64,000 nucleotides of DNA, taken from Candidatus Latescibacterota bacterium (GTDB lineage: Bacteria; Latescibacterota; UBA2968; GCA-2709665). The position numbers and the translations under genes were made by a program. The first letter of the stretch is position 1, and every line of letters starts with the position of its first letter. The notes under the pieces were generated by a model that was not told where the DNA came from, searched no databases, and was given only the letters and a program-made list of their open reading frames with translations. Location: assembly GCA_965222075.1 (NCBI GenBank), contig OZ244937.1, positions 2,784,001-2,848,000 on the forward strand, read 5' to 3'. Shown piece by piece: positions 32,311 through 42,296 of the stretch.

Positions 32311-32784
32311 ATGTCCAACAGCATCAAAATCATTGTCCAGAACCGCAAGGCCCGCCGCGACTACAAAGTCCTGGACACCTACGAAGCCGGCCTTGAACTG
32401 CGGGGCACCGAGGTCAAATCCCTGCGTCAGGGCAGGGGCAACCTCAAAAACAGCTATGCCCGGATAGAAGCGAACGAAGCCTTTTTGCACAATCTTCACA
32501 TCAGCGAATACGCCCAGGGCAACCGGTTCAACCACGACCCCGTCCGAAAACGCAAGCTCCTGCTTCATCGGCACGAAATCAACCGCTTGAGAGGGCGCGT
32601 GGAGGAAAAAGGCCTCACCCTGATCCCCCTCAAGCTCTACTTCAAACGGGGCAAGGCCAAGGTCGAACTCGCCCTGGCAAAGGGCAAGCGGGAATACGAC
32701 CGGCGGCACGACATTGCAGAGCGCGATGCCAAACGAGAAATCGAAAGGGCCTTTAAGGAGAGAACGCTCACCCACCGGAGGTAA
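32311..32784 (+). CDS. smpB: SsrA-binding protein
   Basis: [24 protein letters not shown] and KGKREYDRR motifs. Confidence 0.98.
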   Translation: MSNSIKIIVQNRKARRDYKVLDTYEAGLELRGTEVKSLRQGRGNLKNSYARIEANEAFLHNLHISEYAQGNRFNHDPVRKRKLLLHRHEINRLRGRVEEKGLTLIPLKLYFKRGKAKVELALAKGKREYDRRHDIAERDAKREIERAFKERTLTHRR

Positions 32785-34047
32785 ATGACAGAACGAGATC
32801 GGTGCACGCAGCGCAAAGATTTCCCCTTCTGCCTGTTCTGCGCCTGCCTGGTGCTCCTCTTGTTCTCCCCTTTCACATATGCCCAGACGCCCGGGACCGA
32901 CGCCATCTCCCAAGTTCGGCTCCACACGGTCCAACTTGGAGGTGTTCCCTATCTCTCGCTGGGGGGCCTGGCGGAGACCCTGGGGGGACGGCTTCGTTCC
33001 CACCGGCTCAAGCAAAAAGTCGAACTGAAACTGGGCGGACACACCGTTGTCCTCACCTGGCTCTCGGCCCTCGTTGTCATAGACGATGTGGCCTGCCGGA
33101 TGCCCCTGGAAACCCGGCTCTACAGCGGCGGCGTCCACGTACCGGCGGATGCCTTCCTGACGCTTCTCCAGCGAATCATCCCCAAAGGGCGCATCCGGGT
33201 GGTACGGGAATCCCCCACGGCTGGCGCCGCGCCCCCTCCCTCCCCCGGCCGCCAGACAGAATCCGACGGGCGTGTGCCGAAGGTCGATCCGAAACGCTGG
33301 ACCCTCGACACCGTAATCGTTGATCCCGGCCACGGCGGCAAAGACCCGGGCGCCACAGGTCCGGGTGGAACGGCAGAAAAAAAGATCGCCCTGCGGGTCG
33401 CCAAACGCCTCAAAACCCTCCTGGAAAAGCGGCTTCGCGTCCGTGCCGTCCTCACCCGGGATGACGACACCTTTGTCCCGCTCCGGAAACGGGCTCAAAT
33501 GGCCAGAAAAAGCGGGGGGAAACTCTTTCTCAGCCTCCACTGCAACGCCAGCGAAAACCGGCGTTCCCGGGGCATGGAAGTCTACTTCCTCTCCGAGGCC
33601 AAAACCCTCGAAGCCGCCGAAGTGGCCAGGCGGGAAAACGAGGCTATCGCGTTCGAGAAAAACGGCGCTGATTCAGACCTGCCTGCAGCGCAGAGCACTG
33701 CGCAGGCAGGTGGACTCGATCCAGGACTTGGCGGCATCACCTCCGGTCTCCTCTCCACGCAATTTTTGAAAGAAAGCCAGAATCTGGCCGCCTCGATACG
33801 CACCGAAATTGCTCAGACCCTGGTCGGCGTGGAAGACCGGGGGGTGAAACAGGCCAACTTCTATGTGATGCGATACACCATGGGCGATATGCCCTCTGCC
33901 CTGGTCGAAATGGGCTTTCTTTCCAACCCCACAGAGGAAAAACGGCTGCGCAGCACCGCCTTTCAGAAAGCGATGGCTGAAGCCATCTACCGCGGCCTCA
34001 AAACCTTTAAACGCCGCTATGAACAACAACTCTCAACAGCCAGGTAG
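32785..34047 (+). CDS. N-acetylmuramoyl-L-alanine amidase (Amidase_3) with an 11-codon hairpin insertion
   Basis: VDPGHGGKDPGA, EK, SLHCNA and VEMGFLSN motifs. Confidence 0.93.
   Translation: MTERDRCTQRKDFPFCLFCACLVLLLFSPFTYAQTPGTDAISQVRLHTVQLGGVPYLSLGGLAETLGGRLRSHRLKQKVELKLGGHTVVLTWLSALVVIDDVACRMPLETRLYSGGVHVPADAFLTLLQRIIPKGRIRVVRESPTAGAAPPPSPGRQTESDGRVPKVDPKRWTLDTVIVDPGHGGKDPGATGPGGTAEKKIALRVAKRLKTLLEKRLRVRAVLTRDDDTFVPLRKRAQMARKSGGKLFLSLHCNASENRRSRGMEVYFLSEAKTLEAAEVARRENEAIAFEKNGADSDLPAAQSTAQAGGLDPGLGGITSGLLSTQFLKESQNLAASIRTEIAQTLVGVEDRGVKQANFYVMRYTMGDMPSALVEMGFLSNPTEEKRLRSTAFQKAMAEAIYRGLKTFKRRYEQQLSTAR
33678..33710 (+). repeat. CCTG..CAGG hairpin micro-element, 33 bp, in frame in the amidase
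   Basis: cctgcctgcagcgcagagcactgcgcaggcagg, adding LPAAQSTAQAG. Confidence 0.9.
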
Positions 34048-34918
34048 ATCCTCTCCTTCCCGGATTGATCTCCATCCCCGCGATCCCGGCTACTACTACG
34101 ATCCCCATGTCGAAGCTGGACTACACGGAAAAATTAAGCTTTCACCTCGTGTTGAACACCACTGCAAATGTGGCGGGAAACCGCCTTATCAGATTTTCGA
34201 AAGTCCCGACGTCGAACCGGTCTGGTGCCCCTGCCGGTCCTATCAGATGAAGATCCGGCAGATCAATCGCTTCATTGTCGAATCGGGTATTCCGGCGCCG
34301 TTCCGATACAAATTCATAGACGACTTTCACGAAAGCTACGATGGGAAGCCGATCCCCGGGGCAGATCAACTTAAACAGCATCTCAGGACCTTGATAGAAA
34401 AAGCCCGTAGCCGGGAAGCATCATCCCAATCCAATGCTTCTACGGATTCGGTTCCGCCCCTCAGAGGATATTTTTTATGGAGTAAACCCGGCGCCGGTAA
34501 AACCTATTTCTCTTATATAGCCCTTAACGAACTGATCTTCTATTCCGTCCGACCCGGAAAGTTCATCAGCCTTTCCAAGGAATTCTTCCAGACGCTCAGA
34601 TTCGCTTTCGAAGAAAAAAGTCCTTTGCACGGTCAGTCGGAGACATTTATAAAAATCCTTAGCAACGCCCCCTTCCTGGTTATCGACGACTTCGGCGTAC
34701 AGCGCAACACGGAGTGGGAACTCGAGATGCTCTACAACCTGGTGGATACGCGCTACGCCAACCGGCGTTTTACGATTATTACAACCAACCAGAATATCGA
34801 AAGCATCAAGGATCTTGCAGACGGCAGGCTTTACTCCCGATTCCTGGAAATGTGCTACACCATCCACGTCCAGGCCCCGGACTACCGGGAACACTTTAAA
34901 AAAAAATACGAAATCTGA
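34019..34918 (+). CDS. DnaC/IstB-like AAA+ ATPase with N-terminal Cys cluster
   Basis: CKC..WCPC, Walker A PGAGKT, Walker B LVIDDFG, RY....TIITTN, RLYSR, DYR. Confidence 0.8.
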   Translation: MNNNSQQPGRSSPSRIDLHPRDPGYYYDPHVEAGLHGKIKLSPRVEHHCKCGGKPPYQIFESPDVEPVWCPCRSYQMKIRQINRFIVESGIPAPFRYKFIDDFHESYDGKPIPGADQLKQHLRTLIEKARSREASSQSNASTDSVPPLRGYFLWSKPGAGKTYFSYIALNELIFYSVRPGKFISLSKEFFQTLRFAFEEKSPLHGQSETFIKILSNAPFLVIDDFGVQRNTEWELEMLYNLVDTRYANRRFTIITTNQNIESIKDLADGRLYSRFLEMCYTIHVQAPDYREHFKKKYEI

Positions 34919-34998
34919 TAAACCATAGAAAGGGCAGAGGGCAAAGGTAAAACCCGTTCGTCTCGCTTTTTCTGCCCTTTGCCCTCTAAGGAGAACCC

Positions 34999-35715
34999 AT
35001 GACCCTGCGCCTCGACGGCCGAAGGCCGGATGAACTCCGCCCCACCAAAATCACCCGGGGCTTTATGAAACACGCCGAAGGATCGGCCCTCATCGAAATG
35101 GGGGAAACCAGGGTCATCTGCACGGCCAGCGTTGAAAACCGCGTCCCCCCCTTCCTTGTGGGCAAACGCACCGGATGGCTCACCGCCGAATACGCCATGC
35201 TCCCCCGCTCCACCCAAACGCGCAGCCAGCGGGAAACCCGGGGCACCAAAGGCCGCACCCAGGAGATTCAGCGCCTCATCGGCCGCACCCTCCGCGCCGT
35301 CGTCAACCTCGACAAACTGGGTGTACGTACCCTCTGGATCGACTGCGACGTCATCCAGGCCGATGGCGGCACCCGCACCGCCGCCATCTCCGGGGCCTAC
35401 GTCGCCGTCGCCGACGCGCTTGCCCATCTGTTCAAACGGAGACAGATCGATAAAAACCTGCTGCGTGACTCCGTGGCCGCCGTCAGCGTCGGCATCATCC
35501 ACGGCCAGCCCATGCTCGACCTCTGCTACACGGAGGATGTCTCTGCCGAAGTCGACATGAACATCGTCATGACCGGCTCCGGCAAATTCATCGAACTGCA
35601 GGGCACCGCCGAAGGCCAGCCCTTCAGCCGAACGCAGATGGACGCCATGGTCGTCCTGGCCAGAGCGGGCATCCAGCAGATCAGAGCGATTCAGGACGAT
35701 GTCCTTGAAAAATGA
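34999..35715 (+). CDS. rph: Ribonuclease PH
   Basis: [28 protein letters not shown] and [11 protein letters not shown] motifs. Confidence 0.97.
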   Translation: MTLRLDGRRPDELRPTKITRGFMKHAEGSALIEMGETRVICTASVENRVPPFLVGKRTGWLTAEYAMLPRSTQTRSQRETRGTKGRTQEIQRLIGRTLRAVVNLDKLGVRTLWIDCDVIQADGGTRTAAISGAYVAVADALAHLFKRRQIDKNLLRDSVAAVSVGIIHGQPMLDLCYTEDVSAEVDMNIVMTGSGKFIELQGTAEGQPFSRTQMDAMVVLARAGIQQIRAIQDDVLEK

Positions 35716-36311
35716 ATCCCCTCATCATCGCCACCCGCAATCCCGGCAAACTCGAAGAGATCCGCCAGATCCTCGGCCCTGAAATCCAGCTCCGTTCCCT
35801 TGCAGACTTCGCAGACCTCCCCGGCATCGTCGAAGACGGGGACACCTTTGAGGCCAACGCGGTCAAAAAGGCCCGCGCCGTCGCTCGCCATACCGGTTGT
35901 CCTGCCCTGGCCGATGATTCCGGCCTGGAGGTGGATGCGCTCGGCGGCGCCCCCGGCGTCCACTCTGCCCGTTTTGCGGGCGAAAAAGCGACCGACGCAC
36001 AGAACAACGCCAAACTCCTCCACCTGCTCGGTGAAACCCCAAAAGAAAAACGGACCGCACGCTTCCGGTGTGTCATTGTAGTCACAACACCAGACGGCGC
36101 GGTCCGCACTGCCCAGGGCAAGTGTGAAGGACGAATCCTGAAAAGGCCCAGAGGCCGTGGGGGATTCGGTTACGATCCCCTCTTTCTGGTACCGGCCCTC
36201 AAGCTTACTTTTGCTGAACTTTCTCCTGGTGAAAAAAACCGGATCAGCCACCGGGGCCGGGCCCTCAAGGCCGCCAGGCCCCTTATTCTGGACGCCCTGG
36301 CCCTCGACTAA
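35712..36311 (+). CDS. rdgB: dITP/XTP pyrophosphatase (RdgB/HAM1)
   Basis: [27 protein letters not shown] and [10 protein letters not shown] motifs. Confidence 0.96.
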   Translation: MNPLIIATRNPGKLEEIRQILGPEIQLRSLADFADLPGIVEDGDTFEANAVKKARAVARHTGCPALADDSGLEVDALGGAPGVHSARFAGEKATDAQNNAKLLHLLGETPKEKRTARFRCVIVVTTPDGAVRTAQGKCEGRILKRPRGRGGFGYDPLFLVPALKLTFAELSPGEKNRISHRGRALKAARPLILDALALD

Positions 36312-36375
36312 TGGTGTGGTCTAAGAAGTCCTCGCCCACAGGTAACGCCAGGGGAACTCGACAGCAAGCGGCCCC

Positions 36376-36445
36376 CATTACTCCCCCCTTGAGGGGGAGT
36401 CGCAGAAGCCGAGCCGACAGGCGACGGCTGATGCGGTGGGGGGAT
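36376..36445. repeat. ~70-bp palindromic repeat, left copy
   Basis: ACTCCCCCCTTGAGGGGGAGT hairpin plus tail; reverse complement of 52646-52760. Confidence 0.85.
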
Positions 36446-36802
36446 CGCAGATATGCCAGCGTAAACAAAAACGTGAAATATAGCGTAGGGACAGGGATTG
36501 CCTTTGCCCCTGCGAGGTCACCCCCAAAGGGAGTCTCCAGCAACCTCGATACCCGTTCCCTACCTGAACATGAACAAATTCTACCTTGATAACAAAACAC
36601 CTTTTTTGTATATTTCCTTATGTCAACTATCAGGCAAACCTGCATGTCGGTAGCCTGCCGAATACAATAGCCAACGATCAATTGAAGGTATGCTGGAAGG
36701 ACAAGTCTTAAAATCTGCTCAACAATGAGGGACCAGAGGTCCAGTTAAGCGCCGTCCATATATTGGTGTTCCCCTCGGACCTGTTGAGTTAAGGAAGACG
36801 AC

Positions 36803-36988
36803 ATGCCAGCTTCTCAAGAATTTATGGACTATCACGCGGAAAGTCTTGCAGAACTCAAAGGGCTATCCCAACAGATGGACAAGCGTATTGAGTTTATGGA
36901 ACGTCTGTACATCAGTATAGATCGAAAATTGTGGGCAATTATCTTGCTTGTTATTGGTGCTATTGTTATTCCCCTCATTCGAAGTTAA
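36803..36988 (+). CDS. Small coiled-coil protein with C-terminal TM helix
   Basis: RBS AAGGAAG; heptad pattern followed by LWAIILLVIGAIVIPLI. Confidence 0.6.
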   Translation: MPASQEFMDYHAESLAELKGLSQQMDKRIEFMERLYISIDRKLWAIILLVIGAIVIPLIRS

Positions 36989-37115
36989 AGGGGATAGGTA
37001 GCCTTCGCAAGCTCAAGAGATACTCTTCCCGACAGGCCGGAGCGCATGGCTTTGGTTATTCCCCCCAAAAAGAAAGTTCGAAAATTCCCCATAAAAGACG
37101 TAATGATGTAAAGCT

Positions 37116-37310
37116 TCAAGGGGTAAGCGTCCGGGCAACTCGAAAACCCCCATCGTTGTACCGGTAATCGGAACTGTACCTGATGCGACTCGCCGAGCGA
37201 AGGAGCCCCGGATAGCTGCACCACGAACCACCACGCAACACGCGCCTCGAGCACTCCCCGGACTCCCACGCAGACCCGTCAGCAGGTGCCCCCTCGTAAT
37301 TGCCGTTCCA
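37116..37310 (-). pseudogene. Orphan C-terminal FGE-sulfatase/C-type-lectin-fold fragment (DGR variable-region-like)
   Basis: [34 protein letters not shown], paralogous to the C-terminus of 42569-45019. Confidence 0.8.
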
Positions 37311-37354
37311 CACGATTGCGTCCAGGTCGGCACAGCCTCCCTCCGAAGCACCCT

Positions 37355-37380
37355 CACGCCCACAAGGGGCGCCCCTACCA
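37355..37380 (-). repeat. GTAG-family REP-like palindrome
   Basis: GTAGGGGCGCCCCTTGTGGGCGTG on the minus strand. Confidence 0.65.
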
Positions 37381-37391
37381 GGATGACAATT

Positions 37392-37660
37392 CTGGCCAGC
37401 TGACGCCCGAAATCGTCCCTCCCGTCCCAATTCAGCGTGTAATACCCCGCCTCCAGGGTTGCATCGACCAGGGTCCGAACCTCCTGCCCCAGCAGGTTGT
37501 AAACCCCCAGATGGACCTGCCCCGACTCTGGCAACTGATATCCGATGGTCGTGGAAGGGTTGAACGGATTGGGCATATTCTGATCCAGACCGAAGCTGTC
37601 CGGCAGCGGCTTCAGGTTGCCAACCTCCAGGTGGTGGACCGGAAATTGCTGCCCATCGGG
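37392..37660 (-). pseudogene. Truncated FlgD-Ig / secretion C-terminal sorting domain fragment
   Basis: [51 protein letters not shown]; no upstream gene body. Confidence 0.8.
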
Positions 37661-37702
37661 TGAAAAAGCTTCAGGTACCGAGCCCGTACCAACGAAAATT
37701 GC

Positions 37703-37739
37703 TTGACTGGCTAAGTATTTTGTAACATATTTTGTAACA
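37703..37739 (+). promoter_or_regulatory. Putative sigma-70 promoter with tandem 12-bp operator-like repeat
   Basis: TTGACT-17 nt-CATATT; TATTTTGTAACA x2 at 37716-37739 overlapping the -10. Confidence 0.45.
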
Positions 37740-37803
37740 TGTAAGAGGATGAAGTCCGTATCTTGTAATTGCGACGGGATGTTGTTGACTACGGAGGTCC
37801 GCC

Positions 37804-38319
37804 ATGGTCAGTGACGCTACTCGAAAGATGGCCTGGAATGAGTATCTGGATGTAGAGAGGGCGGCCAGATACTACGATGAACTTTCTCGTTATTATCGTA
37901 GGCGACACAATGCTGTCATGATAGGACTTGCGCTGTGCGCAATAGCTGGGGCTGGTCGCTTTATGTTTTCGGACTACGTAAGCAGGCTGGCTGAAGTCAT
38001 GGTAGATTTGGGCATTATAGCAGTTAGCGTGCTTGGCTTACTTGGGAATCATGCAAGAAAATCCGCCAGTCTTCATGCGGTTAGCGTGATGTGTTTTGAT
38101 TTGCAAGACAAACACAAAGCGTTGTGGTCGAAGATAGAAAACAATGCGATAGACAATAACGAAGCCTACGATATACTGATGGACCTTATTGAATCCGGCG
38201 AGAGGGCAACAAGTATTCCTGGTTGGGCAGATATTTCAGTAAATGACAAATTGAACAGCAAGAGCCAAAGAGAAGCAGATGATTCGCTGGTAGATCAATA
38301 TTCAATCAGGGAGGCATGA
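37804..38319 (+). CDS. Two-TM membrane protein, SLATT-like
   Basis: RBS GGAGG; helix-TM-TM-helix layout; lower GC than core genes. Confidence 0.55.
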   Translation: MVSDATRKMAWNEYLDVERAARYYDELSRYYRRRHNAVMIGLALCAIAGAGRFMFSDYVSRLAEVMVDLGIIAVSVLGLLGNHARKSASLHAVSVMCFDLQDKHKALWSKIENNAIDNNEAYDILMDLIESGERATSIPGWADISVNDKLNSKSQREADDSLVDQYSIREA

Positions 38320-38463
38320 TGGGGAAAGAGGCAGAGAAGAAAGAGCCATAAGGCCACCGCGTAATCCCGAAAGCCCCAGGCCAGCACCGCCCCCAAGGCC
38401 AGAAACAATTCCACAGTCACCACCCAGGCCACAATCACCGCCCGGACCACGAGAAAATAGATG

Positions 38464-38499
38464 ACAAAGAAGCCGAGGCGAAAACCTCGGCTTCTTTGT
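38464..38499. terminator. Perfect hairpin between convergent genes, probable bidirectional terminator
   Basis: ACAAAGAAGCCGAGG-CGAAAA-CCTCGGCTTCTTTGT. Confidence 0.7.
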
Positions 38500-38638
38500 G
38501 CCTGTCGCATTCTCTATTTCAGGACGCCAGGTGGTGGATGCGGATGGGATTGGGTATGTGGTATCGGTATTCCATCGCATCGAATTGTCCCCAAACCCGG
38601 TTCGTTGCACGCGCCGACCACGTCACCCAACGTAGGGG

Positions 38639-38671
38639 CCTGCCTGCAGCGCAGACCGCTGCGCAGGCAGG
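38639..38671 (+). repeat. CCTG..CAGG hairpin micro-element, 33 bp, inside a GTAG REP
   Basis: cctgcctgcagcgcagaccgctgcgcaggcagg. Confidence 0.9.
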
Positions 38672-38789
38672 CAACCCTTGTGGTTGCCCTGATTTCTGTA
38701 ACGGTGACCGTCGCTTCTGATCCGGTCACAGGCGATGTGGCACTCCCGGGCGTAACTACAGCGCCTTCAGTGATCGGGCTTCCCTGCTC

Positions 38790-39500
38790 TCACTCTTCCG
38801 CTTGGCCACAGGTACAGTCTTTCTCCCGATTTCTTTCCTCCAGACTGAAACCGATTTTATATCCTCCTTCTGTCCCCTTACCTGAGATACAGAGGTCCTT
38901 TGAGGCCCCATCCCCTGGTAGGTCTTCGTCTTTGAATTTGCGCGATCCTCTGAACAGGACCTTATCACCCCCGGCAAGCTTCTTCAAGAGGAAAGATTGC
39001 ACATCGTCGGCAGCGCCTCCCAAAGTTTCTGGAAGGGATAAGGGCAATGTCTCCGGGATGACGCCTTTGATCTTGCCGATGACAGCTCCAACAATTCCCC
39101 CCAGGGTATTCTTCACCTTGTCCCAAGCATCTTTCCGATCGACATCAATCACCTTGAACTGGATGGAATGAACGCTGTTTCCCTTCACGAGAAGAATCAG
39201 CCTATCCCAATCGTCGACGGCGCACATGTCAAACTGACTGTAACAGCCTTTATCCTCACTGTGACGGACATAGTTCGGCCTGTCCTTTCGACCCGTGTCG
39301 CACTCCCAGAAGGTATCCAGGCTCGGCATCACGGCGTGTTCCGTCGTGAACTGACCCTTGCTGTTGATGAACCGCAGGTCAACAACGAACCGAAAGTTGG
39401 CCTTGCCATTCGACAAGTCCTTGGGAAATAGAAACTTTGCGAGTGTGAGTTCGAAGGTTTTCACGGGCGATTCCTCCTTGGTTGTCTTGTTTGGATCCAT
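38790..39500 (-). CDS. Hypothetical protein, co-oriented downstream of the patatin gene
   Basis: Long ORF with protein-like composition; no family recognised. Confidence 0.6.
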   Translation of the reverse strand: MDPNKTTKEESPVKTFELTLAKFLFPKDLSNGKANFRFVVDLRFINSKGQFTTEHAVMPSLDTFWECDTGRKDRPNYVRHSEDKGCYSQFDMCAVDDWDRLILLVKGNSVHSIQFKVIDVDRKDAWDKVKNTLGGIVGAVIGKIKGVIPETLPLSLPETLGGAADDVQSFLLKKLAGGDKVLFRGSRKFKDEDLPGDGASKDLCISGKGTEGGYKIGFSLEERNREKDCTCGQAEE

Positions 39501-39644
39501 AGCTCGGTAACCCCAAGACTCATGAGATCGAAATGAACTGGCCTCGTTCACCCCCCTTGCTCTTGACCATTTCCTCGCTTTCACGATGAACTGGCGTCCA
39601 TTCACGGCTTCATTTTGCGAGCAAAAATGAGGGCGTATTTTCAA

Positions 39645-41936
39645 TCATCTACACTCATCCTCCAGCAGTGCCTTAAGGCCTACCCCGCAGATCATTTTCT
39701 TGGCAATCTTGTAACCCAGTTCGCGGTAGGCCTCAAACTGCTCTTCATCGAAAAACTGGTCGGCGGTGCTCTGGTCGGGGAAATCAGGGTTTGCGCCTTT
39801 GTAGCCTTTGAGCAGTAGGCCAAGGTTCTGGATCATCGTTGTTTTGAGCAGGATCAGCGTACTCTCGGCCCCGCCCGGGTAGATAATCGTCCCCTTGATG
39901 TAGCCTCGCTCCGCAAATTTGACACCGACGGGATAGGCGTCGGTCTTCGGATCTCGGTCAATGACTTTTTGGGGGGCGGGGTCACGGGGGATGAGGCGTT
40001 CCAGATGGTTGTGGCAGTCAAATTCGATTCGGGCCCCGAAATCGGTGCCGATTCGGCGCACCAAAACCTGCAAATCTTTAAAACTGAACTCGGGGTCAGC
40101 GCCGCCGTCGCAACAGATGATCAGCTTCACCTTGCGGCGCACCAACTCATATACCCCAAGGTTTTCGAAATGACCGCCGTCACTGATTTGGAGCAACTCC
40201 TGGTTTTCCTCATAGCCGTGCGGCCTCAGCTCATCGTAGGCGGCGCGAAAGTGATTTGCGACTCTTCGGGGCTTGGGTTTGCCGGGGTGTGGGACCCAAT
40301 AACCGAGGCGGACGTTCAGCAAGGACATCAACAGAGACAACACAGGATTTCGTGTAGGGCCTGATCCTCCGGCACCTGTGTTCGGATTGGCGGCAGCCCC
40401 GGATATGGCCACCGCCGTCGCCAGGGTGAGGCGGTCTTTCTTCATATAACAGGCGGTTGGCACCCAGCCTGTCGCTGTGCTACCGCAATACTTTGGCGAC
40501 AGAAGAAAGGCGTCTCCGCCCCTAACCCGCCACCGGTGATCGTCGGAGTCAACCAGGACCACATTGGTATTCACCAGATGATAGGGTGCATGCTCGCTAC
40601 ACATGTTACTCAGTTCCGCCTTGTCGGCGTCTTTTGCGGCACCGGTTGTTCCGTCCGTATTCGGGTCGGGCATGAAAGCCTCCATGAGCCGGTCCCGATA
40701 GTAGCGGTGGATCGAGATGTAGTTGAGATTCACACACCAGCCTGTCCCAAGTGAGATGACTAAGCTTAAGCTACCTCCCAGGAGCACCCAATTGAACCAA
40801 GCAGCACAAAAGCACAACAAGGCAAGCTCATACGACGCCCACGCCAGTCCATAGAAAAACGGGATGGATGCGAGAGGTGCGAGGACACCGAGGGGGATCT
40901 TTCCGTTGCTACCCGAGCGGAAAGACAACACCCAGCTAACGACGGCGAGCAAGACTGACGCGACGCCAGCTTCCTTTACGTAACCCTCCAGCCATCCTGT
41001 CACCGCTGGAAGGGATCCCAGTACAAGGAAAAACAGACCTATCCACAGCGGCCACCGGATCCACTTCTCAAATTTTCGTCGTCTCAGGTATGGGTCCTTG
41101 AAGATGAGCTTCCAAAAGATGGGTTTCCGGGTGGCTATTGAATAAAGAATACTCGCAACGAGGAACAAGATCCCCATGAGGCCCGCGGGGTAGAGCAGTA
41201 AATCAAGTCCACCCTCGTTCTTAACGTTGCATGCCTGGCAGATCTTTTGGAGGGCACTCCATATAGCATCCCAGCTGCCGACCGCGTTGAAGTCACTCAC
41301 TATATGCCAAATAGCACGCGACACGAACAAGAGTACGACCATAAGGGTGACCACCAACGGCAACCACACCACAAGGTTGAGAAGGATGCCCCGGAGAATC
41401 ACGGCGATCAGCGATGTCGTCGTGACCCCTTTGCCGGGTATGAGGTATTTACCGTGAAGGCGCAGATGCTTGAGAATGTTGGACTGTTTCTCACGTCGCC
41501 ATTCTTCTTCTGGATCCTTGACGCCGTATGGGAAATTGGCGCAGGTGGTCCCGAAAGCTTTACTGGCGTTGAGGAGCCACGTCAAAGCGCCTCCGATGTA
41601 TCCGCCCCCGGAAACCGTCGAGAGGTAATCCACGTGTTTGAGGCAGCCCGCTTTGGCGAGTCTTTGCATAACCCCCAGTGAGAAGGTCGCCGACCGGATT
41701 CCGCCCCCCGAGAGCGCCAGGCCGACGAGCTTGTCCTTAAGTTCCGATTCTTCGGCTTTTTTTGAGTCAGAATTGGCTTCAGTCGGTGCCTCCTCAGAGG
41801 ACTTGCAGAGGACGGTGTTCCGTCTCTTGCGTATGGTTTCAAGTTCCGCGCATAGGATCTTCTCGGGAATCTCGAACGACTCGCACTTAGGACGAGGTAC
41901 ATACGATTCATTCTGCTCATTCTGCTTGGCTGCCAT
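39645..41936 (-). CDS. Patatin/cPLA2-like phospholipase with central TM segments
   Basis: GLALSGGGIRSA, DYLSTVSGGG nucleophile elbow, DGGHFENLG catalytic Asp, FPDQST.DQFFDE.QFEAY. Confidence 0.88.
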   Translation of the reverse strand: MAAKQNEQNESYVPRPKCESFEIPEKILCAELETIRKRRNTVLCKSSEEAPTEANSDSKKAEESELKDKLVGLALSGGGIRSATFSLGVMQRLAKAGCLKHVDYLSTVSGGGYIGGALTWLLNASKAFGTTCANFPYGVKDPEEEWRREKQSNILKHLRLHGKYLIPGKGVTTTSLIAVILRGILLNLVVWLPLVVTLMVVLLFVSRAIWHIVSDFNAVGSWDAIWSALQKICQACNVKNEGGLDLLLYPAGLMGILFLVASILYSIATRKPIFWKLIFKDPYLRRRKFEKWIRWPLWIGLFFLVLGSLPAVTGWLEGYVKEAGVASVLLAVVSWVLSFRSGSNGKIPLGVLAPLASIPFFYGLAWASYELALLCFCAAWFNWVLLGGSLSLVISLGTGWCVNLNYISIHRYYRDRLMEAFMPDPNTDGTTGAAKDADKAELSNMCSEHAPYHLVNTNVVLVDSDDHRWRVRGGDAFLLSPKYCGSTATGWVPTACYMKKDRLTLATAVAISGAAANPNTGAGGSGPTRNPVLSLLMSLLNVRLGYWVPHPGKPKPRRVANHFRAAYDELRPHGYEENQELLQISDGGHFENLGVYELVRRKVKLIICCDGGADPEFSFKDLQVLVRRIGTDFGARIEFDCHNHLERLIPRDPAPQKVIDRDPKTDAYPVGVKFAERGYIKGTIIYPGGAESTLILLKTTMIQNLGLLLKGYKGANPDFPDQSTADQFFDEEQFEAYRELGYKIAKKMICGVGLKALLEDECR

Positions 41937-42296
41937 TGGGGACCTCCGGATGCCTTTCTATCTGGTCAGTGGATATTCTATTTCGATACCTATTGCATCT
42001 TCAAGATGACTTCCAAAATGGTGGAAAGATTGCTGCTGGGATGAAGATATCTCCCAGACCTGACCCCCTCTCCAGCTCAGTTTCGATTTCATCAAGGATT
42101 CTGGTTCTTCTTTCAATCCAATGCTCTGAATCGCTTGCTTGCACCGTTGGAGATGCGTCCTGCACCGCCACGATTCCGGTGGCCGACAGTAGACAAGCAA
42201 CGATGGTTGCAGACAACTGGATTCATCGTGGCACAGTCATATTCTCTTTCCCTCCTTTCTTGTTGCCCTCAATGGGAAGCCTGAAATCAACGGACC

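Noticed and set aside
36628-36665. GGCAAACC..GCCTGCCG as a c-di-GMP-I riboswitch
   Set aside because: Too short; the GNRA/receptor P2-P3 arms are not evident.
37116-37310. Orphan CLec fragment as the DGR template repeat for 42569-45019
   Set aside because: It is not AAC-rich, differences are not confined to adenines and no RT is adjacent; it looks like another variable region.
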